Source of the DNA: Octopus bimaculoides | Taxonomy: Eukaryota | Direction of reading: 5' to 3' | Assembly: GCF_001194135.2 (NCBI RefSeq) | Contig: NC_068982.1 | Location: 163,911,489-163,975,488, forward strand | Length of the DNA: 64,000 nt | In this document: positions 13,080 to 25,367 of the stretch, piece by piece | How positions within the stretch are numbered: position 1 is the stretch's first letter | Layout: each line of letters begins with the position of its first letter | Notes under the pieces: model-generated | Databases searched by the model: none | Told to the model about the DNA's origin: nothing | What the model saw: only the letters and a program-made list of their open reading frames with translations | Made by a program: the position numbers and the translations under genes

Positions 13080-13613
13080 CAAGGTTATTCAAAAAGAATG
13101 AACCGATTTCATTACGCAATATTTTAATGAGGAAAATCAATAGAAAACTCCAGTTAAGTCACAAGTATTTACTCACAATCAACTTTTATTTCCTATCGTA
13201 CAAGTGTTCAATGTGGCCACCACCTGCAGCACGGGTGACGTCAAAGCGATAAGAGAATTACTCCCAGACGCGTGTCAGTAGATCACGATCCACTGAGTTG
13301 ATCGCTGTTGTTATTCGATGTTAGTGGGTAGCGGTAGAGCATAAACGCGATCTTTTACATATCTGTACAAGAAAAGATCACACATGGTGAGGTGTGGGGA
13401 TCTAGCAGGCGAAGCACAAAGAGCATCTGGGAGAAATTCTCTTATCGCATTGATGCTACCGTTGCTGCAGGCGGTGGCCACATTGAATACTTGTAAGACA
13501 GAAAATAAAAGTTGATTGTGAGTAAATACTTGTGACTTAGCTGGAGTTTTCTATTGCTTTCCCTTATTGAAATATTGCGGAAAGAAATCGGTTTTTTTTT
13601 TTAAATGACCTTG
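13080..13613. mobile_element. Tc1/mariner fold-back deletion derivative made of two 3' ends; flanked by TA
   Basis: Arms 13080-13268 and 13426-13613 are about 190-bp inverted repeats with TA on both outer sides. The minus strand 13409-13199 encodes PARSPHLTMCDLFLYRYVKDRVY...RVWE*FSYRFDVTRAAGGGHIEHL (one frameshift). The plus strand 13425-13496 encodes IWEKFSYRIDATVAAGGGHIEYL*. These resemble the WPPRSPDLTPCDFFLWGYVK-type transposase C-terminus. Confidence 0.9.
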
Positions 13614-14049
13614 TATATATGTTTATATGGTCGATTTGCTCGACTAAAAGGCGGTGCTCCAGCATGGACACAGTCAAAAGACTGAAACAAGTAAAAGAGT
13701 ATATATATATATATATATATATNNNNNNNNNNNNNNNNNNNNNNNNNNNNNNNNNNNNNNNNNNNNNNNNNNNNNNNNNNNNNNNNNNNNNNNNNNNNNN
13801 NNNNNNNNNNNNNNNNNNNNNNNNNNNNNNNNNNNNNNNNNNNNNNNNNNNNNNNNNNNNNNNNNNNNNNNNNNNNNNNNNNNNNNNNNNNNNNNNNATA
13901 TAATTATATTAAGAGACCAGCATGTTTGATATTATTAATTTAACGTATAAATTGCCTATAAATGTTTATAGCATGCTGGCTACCTGATAAAAATCATTAA
14001 CGTGATTTTTATCCTTATATCCTATATATATATATAAATAAATTTCAAA

Positions 14050-14657
14050 TATCATTGCAATACAATGGTATCACTTTCCAGCCAAATAAAGCAGCACCAT
14101 AAAGGTAGAATTATGAATTAGAAATAGTGGTACAAAAATGCACCAATGTTTGCTGGAAGTAGCAGTCGATAACGATACGACGCTATGTAAAGTTTCACTG
14201 AAATGTATACTGGCAAAGATGTATGCGGGTAGCGAACTTAAAATAAATTTTCGTCTTACCTCTAGGAAGAACATCGGAAAAATGGACCACCTAAAATGGA
14301 TAAACTAGGAACCGAGTTTCGGACGTTCCAAAATATGTTTATTGTCGTAAGTTTGATTAGTCCTCATCAGCTAGATTCACCTGAGACGAAATTTTCAAAT
14401 ATCGCTACATCTTGCCAGTATATTCGGCTGAACGCCAGGTCGTTAACAGAGATCTGTGAAAAGGTTTTCTATAAAAATATTAAGTATCATTGAAATACAA
14501 TAGTATCACTTTCCAGTCAAATAAAGCTCCGTAAAGGAAAAATTATCAATAAGTAGTGGTATACATTTCAGCGAAGCTTTACATAGCGTCGTATCGTTAT
14601 CGACTGCTATTTCCAGTAAACATTGGTGCCTTGTTGTACCACTAAGAAATAGTGGTA
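14050..14657. mobile_element. Penelope-like (pLTR-type) non-coding cassette with direct and inverted repeats
   Basis: Direct repeat 14050-14132 / 14485-14561; inverted repeat 14125-14210 / 14559-14644; weaker inverted repeat 14206-14256 / 14384-14422; hammerhead-like motif on the minus strand. The Penelope assignment is inferred from this architecture; no ORF is present. Confidence 0.5.
14305..14374 (-). ncRNA. Candidate type I hammerhead ribozyme
   Basis: Minus strand reads CTAG-CTGATGA-GGAC-(35 nt)-GTCC-GAAAC-TCG-GTTC-CTAG: stem I CTAG/CTAG, stem II GGAC/GTCC, intact core, and a one-nucleotide irregularity at the cleavage site. Confidence 0.55.
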
Positions 14658-14717
14658 AGACGGCTTTAAGGACTTTTTTTTAGCATATAAAGGATCCATA
14701 TAGTGATCTCTCATATT

Positions 14718-14778
<61 letters not shown>

Positions 14779-17389
14779 TGTATATATATATATATATACA
14801 TATACATACATACATGCATACATACATACATATATATATATATACATATGCCTACGTACATACATATCTACAGTCACGTTGAGTTTAGGACTTCATCAGG
14901 ATTTTAACTAGAACTTGAATTGACATAAGTAAATACAATAAAGTATTGTATTTATTCATCTTTGCGAGATCGATGAGATAAAGAACAAATATCGGAGTCA
15001 ATACAATCTAGAAAACATCTGGTTTTGTGCCTATGTAAGAAATCATTGTATGCTTATTTCACTAAACATTTGTGTTGTTTGTGTATATAGTTGATTGTAG
15101 GTGAAAGGGTAAAAGAAACACGACTCATGAGTTGCTACTGTAAGAAGTATCAAAATAGTCAGTTGTCCTCAGACAGAAATGTTGGCCCGAAAGATTGCAA
15201 CAAAGTGTGCATAATAAATATCCAAGGTCCAGGTAGTATCGGTAAATCTAGAGTGACTGACTAAGTTTATCATTCAAGATCAGGTTTATACAAGAGACGG
15301 GCTCCTACAGAGTTTCCGTGAACAGAATATAACGTAAAAGGTTCGGTAGAAGACTATTCCCCATGGCTGTTAGGATATGGTGGAGGGCAATTACCCAAGG
15401 CTCTGTGTAGTGATAAAATATGGAATTAAGTAATGGCGAAAGACGCTTTTTAACTATTGGAAATAGTTGGAAATGCCTGCTTCCAACCGTGTTTTTAAGC
15501 TCCCTCACTGGCTGTTTAATAATAGCAGCGACTGTTGTTTTCCCCTGTTTAATACTGTGTTTGGATAGCTTTTCTTGAGCAGATGTTATGATACAATGAT
15601 AAATGATAGAGACTTTTCTAGCAACTACATCTGTAGCTCGAAAATGCAAATATAAGATATCAGCTGGGCATGCTGTTTATATATATTTTTTATCTCATTA
15701 GATATTATTTTCTAAAACAATGAGACATGCAAATTTGTACTACTTCAACGTTTGATCTGTAGTTTACTTACATCTTTATTGTGATGTAGCTGACGTAACG
15801 TCAGATATTAACATGTGATTTTAAAATAAAAATAAAAAGAGCGTTGTCGAGAATTCTTATTGTTGTTTAGAACAATCCCGAGGAGCTGAATTGTTATGAA
15901 AAGAATTCCAGCTGAGATCATCTCAGCTTTTCATATTAGCATACAATTATATTGTCTATTTTCTCCTTGTCGTTTGTTAGAGACGTTGGAGCGATACAAA
16001 AGATATTTGGCTTATATTTCTCGCAGGTCGAACTACTATACAGAGGTTCTTTTACCGAACCTTTGCAAGGAGTTTGTTGAGGGAGATGTATAAATTTTTA
16101 TAGAGTAGGGTGAAGAGTCTGTCTGTCTATTTGTCTCCCATTTCTAAATTGGATATATATATATATATANNNNNNNNNNNNNNNNNNNNNNNNNNNNNNN
16201 NNNNNNNNNNNNNNNNNNNNNNNNNNNNNNNNNNNNNNNNNNNNNNNNNNNNNNNNNNNNNNNNNNNNNNNNNNNNNNNNNNNNNNNNNNNNNNNNNNNN
16301 NNNNNNNNNNNNNNNNNNNNNNNNNNNNNNNNNNNNNNNNNNNNNNNNNNNNNNNNNNNNNNNNNNNNNNNNNNNNNNNNNNNNNNNNNNNNNNNNNNNN
16401 NNNNNNNNNNNNNNNNNNNNNNNNNNNNNNNNNNNNNNNNNNNNNNNNNNNNNNNNNNNNNNNNNNNNNNNNNNNNNNNNNNNNNNNNNNNNNNNNNNNN
16501 NNNNNNNNNNNNNNNNNNNNNNNNNNNNNNNNNNNNNNNNNNNNNNNNNNNNNNNNNAAAAAAAAAAGACTAATCATCGTCTCAGACTGTAGTTGTTAGA
16601 GTCTTGGGTAAAACTGTACTGGTTTTTCGCATTTGGAAGGAGACACTTGAGAGGACACTGGTGCCAAACTTTATTGGCCTTTAAGAAAAACTATTTCCTG
16701 GGAACTGAAGCCGAGATCTGTTCTGAAAACCAACTGAAATTGGCTCGTTTTATACTTGAAATATTTAATTCTTCTTTTCTTAATTGAAACGCTATGTACA
16801 GCACCGCCGTAAATTTATGCTTTTTCTGCTGCTATGGTGTTCATTTTTCTTAAGAGTATTTGTTTGTGCTCTTAGTGTAAAACAAGATCGTGATCTACTG
16901 ACACTGCATTCTTTCTTATTAATTAACGCTGATACTTAACGTGATATATTTGTAACAACCTCATTTAATTTTGAAATAAGCATATAAAGAAAATAAGGAT
17001 TTAACTGGTAAAATAGCCATCTCTGATAAACAAGGAAAATATGGCACAATCGATATTAAAATTTCAGCTAAAAGCAAATGATTTCCCAAGCAAATGCTTT
17101 GATCAAAAGAACCATATTCTTCGATATGACGTATCAATAACAAAAGTTATTTTTAACTGGAAATCTGGGGGAAAAACATCTATGAGATAAACAACTCTGC
17201 CAAATATAATAAACTGTTACCAAAGTGATTCTGACATATATCATACTCAACAGAAAATATAAAAATTATTTCTGATTATCTTTTTTTTTGTTATTAGCCT
17301 TTTTTTAATATATATTTTAGCTGTCAATTCCAGAGAATAAGATTCAAAATGAATTGAGAAGAATAAGGAATTCTTTGAATGAGAAATCC

Positions 17390-17390
<1 letters not shown>

Positions 17391-17457
<67 letters not shown>

Positions 17458-17460
17458 TAA
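17391..17460. repeat. (AAC)n(AAT)n microsatellite
   Basis: Seen directly. Confidence 0.95.
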
Positions 17461-18029
17461 CAGTAAGGAAATGATCTTGATGATGAAGAATGATAAAAAG
17501 AATATGTTACTAAGTATAATAATAAATAACAATGATACCATGACAAATAAGTGTAAGAATGGATTTACTTACGTAGGTTAAATTTAGGTTTTGTATTGCC
17601 TTGGACAAGAGAATTCTTTTGATGTATTTATCGTCTAAGAATCCTGTAATGAAAAAAAAACGTGAATAATGTTTACTACCGAATTTAGAGGAAATACTTT
17701 TGACATTCACTCATAAAAGAGTCGTTCATAGAAAATTAACCCTATGTCAACATACTGTATGAACATCATTACAAAACATTAGGTAACATTATTAATATTT
17801 GTTTATTAACTTTCTACAATCACCGTCTAACATGTAGCAATACTGCATAACAGCATCTATGCAATCCTTCTTGAGATTTCATGAAAACTTATTTAAAAGA
17901 TAAGCGCTTGGATGATTCATAACGGAAGTAGATGATTCATAACGGAAGTGGCAATCCCATCACAAATCGCACCAGTTTCTTAGGGTTAACAATTTCTATG
18001 GTTACTTTATCTTCTTCGCAGTGAGGATC

Positions 18030-18256
18030 ATATACACGAAAGTAATTGTTGTATACAGTGCACAGGTACACTACAACTATGACAAAAAAAAATACCATTA
18101 GGTGTACTGTTGGCGGATTTTAGGAAGTATGGAAGTTTTGAAGGATGTAGTGTCTCGACAGCTAACGACCGATGTGGGTAGTTTATTTCAAGCTTCAACA
18201 ATTCTGAGCGTAAAAAACTGTTTCCGAAAGTCATGGATGCTGTGTTGTTTTGCCAG
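18030..18256 (-). mobile_element. CR1/L2-type LINE 3' end remnant
   Basis: Minus strand 18235-18098 translates HDFRKQFFTLRIVEA*NKLPTSVVSCRDTTSFKTSILPKIRQQYT*, matching the FF..RVV..WN.LP..VV...S...FK C-terminus of CR1-group ORF2. Confidence 0.7.
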
Positions 18257-18881
18257 ACAAATCCTCCTCATCAATCATCATCATCTATCCACTACAACTA
18301 TTGTAGTAGATACTGTCATCATTATAATCATCATCGTTTGTTTAACGCCTGTACTTTTCGTGTCGCACACAGGTTGCAGTCTTGTATTTTACCAGTTTTC
18401 TTGATTTTGTGCTATATTTTTACGGGACTATGTATTTATCGTTAGATTTGACCTTGCTATTACTTCACATGTCTTCATCGGTGGCCTTTGTTCTAAAAAC
18501 GACTCTTTTCTCTCTCCGTATTCCTTATTTATTCACATGTCATCACCATATTCTCACGTTCATCAATTTTGCGTACATCAACTAATGAAGTCAATGGCCA
18601 TTCACTGTCATATCACAAACACTCCACTTTTACAAATGGTTTCTTTCAAGTTTCTACAGTATTTTTTCATTCAATGCTTAAGCCGTATCACACGCATTAT
18701 GCAGGTTTTTTTTTATAGTTTTATATTTTATACATAGAGAAACATAATATGGTTAAGAGATAACACTGCCTTAAATACCTCTAACTCCTATTTTATCAGT
18801 AACAGTTGCATGACAACCAGCTCCAGTACAAATTGTGTACATACATATATTCGTACATACATACAAACGTACATACATATG

Positions 18882-18882
<1 letters not shown>

Positions 18883-18927
<45 letters not shown>

Positions 18928-18928
18928 A

Positions 18929-18996
<68 letters not shown>

Positions 18997-19240
18997 GTCT
19001 ACCTGTCTACCTGTCTACCTGTCTGCCTGTCTGTCTGTCGGTCTGTGTGTCTGTCTGTCTGCTTGCCTACCTGTCTGCTTTTCTGTCTGTCCATCTGCTC
19101 TCCCACTTGCCTGCCTGCCTGTCTACCTGTCTGTCTGTCTGTCTATCTATCTCCATCCATCCATCCATCCATCCATCCATCCATCCATCCATCCATCCAT
19201 ACATACATACATACATACATACATACATACATACATACAT
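18883..19240. repeat. Graded compound tetranucleotide microsatellite (TCTA)-(TCTG)-(TCCA)-(TACA)
   Basis: Seen directly. Confidence 0.95.
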
Positions 19241-19902
19241 GCATACAACTTAACAGCTAACCAACTTTCTGATAATTGTAGGGAACAACTTAAGGAGCTC
19301 TTACACTTCATTTCATAAGTCTTCTTACTATTAATTACTCCTGTAAATCTAGTGATGAGTATTGCTTATTATTATTATCAAATAAAGTGACGTTGTCAGT
19401 AAAATTAATGTGAAGAGAGAGAACGTAAATTAGTAGGTATGACAAATATCACTAGATCTGGCAGTAAACAAAGAATAAAAGAAATTGATGAAATATGATT
19501 CTTATAATTATATATCAAAGGTTGATGAAGTGACAAAATCAGTATAGTTTTAGACTAAATACTATTCAATACTTAGTCCCATTCTTCTAATTTCTGAGTT
19601 CAACTCGTGCGTGGGTTGATTTAGTCTTTCATCATTCTGGCGTTAATACATTAAGTACTAATCATGTACTGACTTCGATTCATTGTAAAATATAGGTACA
19701 GTATATTTGATTTTTAAGGAGGCTAACTCTGTTATTGATTCAATGTTTATTTGAGTATGGACTATTTTCTTCATTTTGTATATACATCATCCTGGTTGCC
19801 GACACAACGCACTGATCGTTTGTCTCCAATCGCTTGTGAGCTACGCTACGAATTGAATTTGGAAACGATATTAGTGGTTACTTTAGAAAAATGCTGTTCT
19901 CT

Positions 19903-19976
<74 letters not shown>

Positions 19977-21559
19977 ATCCACGCAGAATTGTCTCAAACT
20001 CTTCACTGTAACTTTTGTAATTAAATTAAAACAGCGTTGGATGAGACAGTCTGCACTTCATATACACTATTTTTCTTTATATTTCACAAGTAAAAGATAA
20101 TTATTTGTAATCCTAAGAAGCTTAACTATAGTTACAGTATGGTTTGGTAGAAAATTAACTGATAATATTTCTGAAAATGTGTGACTAACAAATGCTAAGA
20201 ATACTGATCTGGTTAAAAGATATCATTAGACTCACTAAAGAAAATCCCACACATAAGACATAACAGGATAAAACATGAAAAACATAAAATAACAACTAAA
20301 GAGACCCCTTTTCATTATAATATGTTATACTAATTAATTTTCGAAGACTATTTGCCATAAAAGCCTGTACTATTTACCAAATTTCAGTTATTTCGATTCT
20401 CTACAGTTGAGTTACTTTCTAACTCACTTCACCATCTTAATCCTCATCTTTCCATCTCATAGATTTCTAAAATCTTTGCTGTCAGTTAAGTAGGACAAAA
20501 GAAATGTGGGAAGCACATTTCAGTTCTAATGATTTAATACAGACTTTTAAAGAATTTACGACTATAATTTTTATCTGGCCATTATGACTCGTGGCAATAA
20601 TACGCAGAATGTTGTGCATTTACTGTGAGAATTAGTTGCACTATTAAATAGGATTGCACTAAATCTATGCCTGCTTTTATTACCTGCCCTATTATCATTT
20701 GGTGCCAGATACCAATGAAATTTAAATATGTAAATGAAGCAATCAATGAAGCAATTCCATTTAATGAGACCGAAGATTCATTATATTGGCTAAGGATGAA
20801 AAAAGATAATGATCTGTGGTAAAACCATGTCTCGAAGTATCCTCATATAATTAGAGGATATATGTAAAAATCTGTTAATCGAAATTAATTGCTCTGACAG
20901 TTGTGCAGTTCGTCTTATCTTTGAAGACATTCTGTTTCCATTGTATTCTTTAAAAATCATTTTCCTGTGGTACTTTTCAAGGTTTAATTGATTAGAAATG
21001 CACCTGATTAGAATTTGATCAGATGATATTCTAGTTATATTTAACATAGAATTCATTGAAATATTTCATTCAGACGTTATATTTAGTTTAGAATGATAGA
21101 ATTGAGGTTTCAAACCAATATATTTCTGCATTTCATTTATGGAAACACATCTAATGTTGCAGTATAAAAATTCAATTTAAAATATGAATTTGTATCAAAA
21201 TTCCTACAAAGCAAGACTATATATGTATTCATATATGGAACTTATTCGGTTTGTGTTTTACTGTAACTTATCACTTACACAATTATTGCACCTATCGTTC
21301 AACAAGTAAAAGTAAGTTAACACTTTTCTCACTAGTGAATTCAGTATATTTCTGAGCAGTAATAGGATGACGTATCTTTACATTAAAACACATAAGTATA
21401 TTCCATATTGAAGTATAGCATCTTGTATTGTGCAGATTTGGTGCATCAGTAATGGTTTGATGCAATACTTTAAGATCACACAGCTGTAACGGTCGCAATT
21501 CGTTAGAGTATTCCTATAATAAAATTCATACTATGAATCCTCGATTGTATTTTTTAACA

Positions 21560-21975
21560 CAATGTAGAGTAAATGAAAATTTAAGGAGAATCCTAACGAT
21601 AGCATCACCACTAACATTAAGGACGAAACACGCTAGCTCCTCACGGATGAAAATGATGTCGTCAAAATATGGTCTGAGTGCTGCAAAGAGCTTTACAATC
21701 ACAAATTCAAACATGACAGCAACATCCTAGAGAATTCCAGCAACAACAATAGAGAATTTGGGGACACTCCAATTCTCAAGGAGGAAGTCGAAGAGGTAGT
21801 GCGTATGCTCAAAGATGAGTAGTCCCCTCGCTTTCTTCTTTACCGATATCAAGTACCTATTACGCATGATAGAGAACAGAGACCAGTGGCAACGACTGAC
21901 TACGAAAGCGTCTAGAGTGGCAGCCCAATGACTGGCTGCATCAGTTAAGGTATCGTGATGTTAATGATGATGACG
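21560..21975 (+). mobile_element. RTE-clade LINE, internally deleted remnant
   Basis: 21613-21828 translates NIKDETR*LLTDENDVVKIWSECCKELYNH...PILKEEVEEVVRMLKDE*SP (RTE APE-RT linker). It is joined to a 3'-terminal piece LLRMIENRDQWQRLTTKASRV and a (GAT)n-like tail. Confidence 0.72.
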
Positions 21976-22012
21976 ACACATATCTCTATATATATATCTA
22001 TCAATCAACCAG

Positions 22013-22067
<55 letters not shown>

Positions 22068-22629
22068 GTCAGTCTGTCTGTCAATCTGTCTGTCGGTTTG
22101 TCTGTCTGTTTGTGTGTACGTGTGTGTGTGTGTGTGAATGTGTGTGTGTGTGTGAGTATGCATGTGTGTGTTTGTGTGTGTGATAGTGGCTCGAGCTTGA
22201 TAAATGGTTTGCCTCACGATTTTTTATATAATCACTTGGCTCTTAAGAAATACCACCTAAATCATTACACCCACTATCTTGAAAAGAGTGCCACAGTGGA
22301 TAATGTTGTACCAGAAGCACAGCACTCGTGCAAAAAAGACTGTATGGTTATGGTTGGAACGTTCTTGATGAAAAGTCTTATGAGTCTGAACTGTCCTACA
22401 CCGAAACAACATCAACGACGACGATGATAACGGCGAAGACGACTACAACAATGACGACGACGTCTCTGTTGTTGTGGTTGTTTAACAACTTCTGGCTGCC
22501 TTTAAATTTGGAACCACATATTGAAATCCAAGACTGAAGTGCGGTATGGAAAAGGATAGAAACAAGAATGTGAACTAAAAAATACAGATCAGACGATGTT
22601 TTTGATTAGGAAAAGTGCACCTTTTCCCA

Positions 22630-22668
<39 letters not shown>

Positions 22669-22990
22669 CATATATATATGAATATAAAGAAGTTGGTGGT
22701 ATATTGATTATAGAAGTAATGTTAATGTTTTTGATGGAGAAGGAACAGTACTGGAGCGGGTGTTTGCTTGCCTGACTGTCTGCATCGTGTTTACACACAC
22801 ACACACACACACACACATGTGTTTTTGCGTATATAATACATAATGCCTATATATATNNNNNNNNNNNNNNNNNNNNNNNNNNNNNNNNNNNNNNNNNNNN
22901 NNNNNNNNNNNNNNNNNNNNNNNNNNNNNNNNNNNNNNNNNNNNNNNNNNNNNNNNNNNNNNNNNNNNNNNNNNNNNNNNNNNNNNNNNN

Positions 22991-23021
<31 letters not shown>

Positions 23022-25314
23022 GTGTGTGTATATATTTGCACACAGACAGCACATACAGTATATTGAAGATAAGAGGACAAAGATTCTTTGATCAGTTATC
23101 TTCTCTGCCATAAGCTTTACACAAGGAAAGTAGCTGGAGTAACAAAAACAAAAAAACAACAGCAGTAAAACAACAGCAGTAAAACAACAGCAGTAAAACA
23201 ACAGCACAAACAATAACTCTTAGAAAGACAAAGCGTATGAAGAAGATAATGCGTATTAAAAAAAAAATAACAACCTAAAACAAATTTCATCTTGTGAATA
23301 ATTACTTTTAAACATTGACTGGGGGTTTCCATTAACACCAGTCAATGCGATATATCACTTCTTTAGTGAAAAGCCGAGGCACAATATTCCTGATTCAGTT
23401 TTATATTTAGTGAAAATTATGGAGAAATCTTTCCTTACATGAGCAGACAATTACTTTTATTGGATTAAATTTTTCATTCATCTAATGTTAAGTTATTTAT
23501 GATTAACATTTTAATCTTAACTTAGTTTAATTAAATGAAAAAATTAAATATGTAATTAAATTTAAAAAATAATTCATAAATGTGTTTCCAATAACCTGTG
23601 AATATTTTCAATAGAATTTAAAATATTCTAATATAATTTTGGCATCCTTTCTTTAGAATCAATTATAGATTTTTCTTGTGTTTTAAAAATAAAAATTATA
23701 TATATATATTACTGCCCTATCTCTCAGTAGTTGTGTAATAGAATACACAGACATAGGGTATCAAATGGATAACTTTGTTTAATATGAAAGTCACAAAGTA
23801 GTGAAATGATAACTAAGAGAGAAACTGAAAAGAATCTGATGTATATTTTCTGACCATCACTCTCCCACTTCCTCACCCAGTAAAAGAAAAATCTCTCAAT
23901 AATTCAATGAAGTAAATGTGCACACATGTTCAATGAAACTTCGATATAATTTTGCTTTAGATGTTGTAATTAAACTTGACAACAGTCCTGGTGTTCAGAA
24001 ATCAACAAATATTGCAATAATTACTTTAAGTCTCTCAACAAGAATAGTTTTAATGAAAATTCAAGTCAGACAATTTAAACAATTTCCTTTCAGTAAAGAG
24101 TGTTTGAATTGAAGGAGGGGAGNNNNNNNNNNGGGGGGGAAGACCGATGTTTCATATTACGGCATCAAAATTGGAAGAGAAACCACACAAACAGAAGCTC
24201 ACCATAGATCTTTATCGTAAAAGCTAAGAAGAGACGAGAAAAATTAAATAAAAGTATTCACTAAAGCTATCTAAACTGATACTTGAATTCATTTTTCTCT
24301 TTTTCTTAATTAGAGATCTTTAGATTTCCAAAGAACTGTTTAAATATCAGCTTTGGACATTAAATCTTTACAGAGAAGTAGAAGGAGAAGAAGGAAAACT
24401 TGAAGAAAAATGAGGAATAATTTACGGGCTTAAAACATCATCTTTCTGTTTGGATTTGATTAAAATCTGCTGCAAATAATTTGAATATAATCTAATAACG
24501 ATTTCTTTCAAATTGGGTGCTAGTCGGCGGAATCAGTATCTCACATGTAATTATTGCATTAAGCTGAGAGCCGCGAATGGCCGAATCAATGAGGTATCGA
24601 ACAAATAACTGGGGAGGTCGGGGATTCGTTACGTCTCTCTAGCACTCTCTTGCTTCCATGGCCAATATACTTAATTGTCGGTCGATCAACCCACCTATTT
24701 GTAATTGTGTGCCACCACATGATGGGATGGATATGTAGGTCTTGACACTATAAATAGAAGCTTTACTACAATATCCACTTGTGTTTTGACAACCCACAGT
24801 TCTGAGTTCAAGTGCTGTTAGGAACGCTTACTATTAATTATAATATTAATTCTATCATCCAAGAGTGGATACTACTTTATAGCGAGTTTCAGATCAAACA
24901 ATGAGGTAGGATCAGAGAGAAAGCAAAACTATATATATNNNNNNNNNNNNNNNNNNNNNNNNNNNNNNNNNNNNNNNNNNNNNNNNNNNNNNNNNNNNNN
25001 NNNNNNNATATATTAAAGTGAGTTTGGAGGGATATATTATCCGAGTGGATACCGTATTAACTCCAGTTAAGGGCTAACCACAACGATCAGTATCTAACGT
25101 CTGTGTCTACATTTAGTTGTTAGTCACTCCGCGGATTTTTTCGATGAGTATTCCCGTGTATTCATCCTGGACGGTAAAAATGTCACGAGTATATATTAAT
25201 ATTAATAATAATAAAGAGTATGATACGGAAACACGTGTAGGTCATTATAATATGCTGTATATAACTATACACAAACACACACACATACACATTTAAAATA
25301 CAAATTAAAGTTAC

Positions 25315-25367
25315 CGCTTAAAATAGTCTCTCCACTGTTGATGTCTCCCTTCTAGAATGTTTCCCAT
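25315..25367 (-). CDS. Candidate first coding exon (MGNILEGRHQQWRDYFK-R), product unknown
   Basis: ATG in aaaATGG context, in-frame TAA 15 nt upstream, ends at CG|GTAACT donor; unique non-repeat sequence upstream. No downstream exon or homology identified. Confidence 0.22.

Noticed and set aside
15305-15649. 114-aa minus-strand ORF in non-repetitive sequence
   Set aside because: No recognisable motif and no paired splice sites; possibly a decayed transposon.
20790-21498. Minus-strand ORFs (88 and 68 aa) as downstream exons of the 25315 candidate
   Set aside because: The phase-compatible frame at the AG near 21515 stops after about 45 codons with no recognisable similarity, and donors are weak.
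24660-24756. GGCCAAT plus TATAAATA promoter-like pair on the plus strand
   Set aside because: Short motifs are common in AT-rich DNA, and no downstream exon or ORF supports a transcript.
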